From assembly GCA_965649765.1 (NCBI GenBank), contig OZ287759.1, positions 35,836,001-35,900,000 of the forward strand: a stretch of 64,000 nucleotides of DNA. The letters are read 5' to 3'. Below are positions 63,702 to 64,000 of the stretch, piece after piece (position 1 is the first letter of the stretch; every line of letters starts with the position of its first letter). The DNA is from Bispira polyomma. Its lineage: Eukaryota. The notes beneath the pieces are model-generated. The model had not been told where the DNA came from and did no database searches. It was given only the letters and a program-made list of their open reading frames with translations. The position numbers and the translations under genes were made by a program.

Positions 63702-64000
63702 TTTCCTTCAGTTTCTGGCAATGGTTTTTTTTGCCTAAACAGGGCATAACCTGATCAGAACTTGTGTGATCTGGACAGGACTTGTGTAATCTGGAGCAAA
63801 TGTTGCAAAACCGTGTGATGATCTGCTTAAATCTGGTCTGGGCATAAACTTGTCATAATCTGGTGAGATCTGGTAAAAACTGGGCAATTCAATTGGTATA
63901 AAAGTATTCCCCAAGGTAACCATAAAATAATGCTATATATATATTTATATATAGGTAATATACCTATGGCGATATTTTTTTTACAAAAATACTGTTTATC

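Noticed and set aside
60216-64000. Upstream FERM-domain exons
   Set aside because: I found no segment encoding the expected ...VEHHTFFRL...GSKFRYS motif. These exons probably lie beyond the window end.

Overview
AT-rich metazoan genomic DNA, most likely lophotrochozoan or molluscan (inferred from repeat style, not proven). The whole window lies inside one large minus-strand gene, the invertebrate orthologue of the FERM-PDZ-PTP tyrosine phosphatases PTPN4/PTPN3 (Drosophila Ptpmeg). I assembled eight phase-compatible GT-AG exons: 60214-60146, 50857-50060, 49547-49361, 29936-29844, 18301-18158, 5578-5509, 1156-993 and 298-208. They encode the FERM-adjacent segment, a long Ser/Asn/Thr-rich linker, the full PDZ domain, the PDZ-PTP linker and the start of the PTP domain (KNRYRDISP). 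The FERM core and most of the catalytic domain lie outside the window. The introns hold a young tRNA-derived SINE family with TSDs, older SINEs, many MITE families, LINE tail fragments and minisatellites. The most unusual points are four. (1) A 2.1-kb intronic ORF ends at a perfect phase-0 donor that joins it in frame to the PDZ exons, a candidate 707-aa alternative N-terminus with six tandem LPxY motifs. (2) Local duplications repeatedly copy this gene's own splice junctions, and one creates a phase-matched candidate mutually exclusive mini-exon. (3) There is a candidate short Lys-rich alternative first exon that would give a catalytic-only isoform. (4) An inverted SINE pair sits near both ends of a 12.6-kb intron. 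All isoform claims come from sequence alone and need RNA evidence. No prokaryotic-type system (CRISPR, operon) is present.
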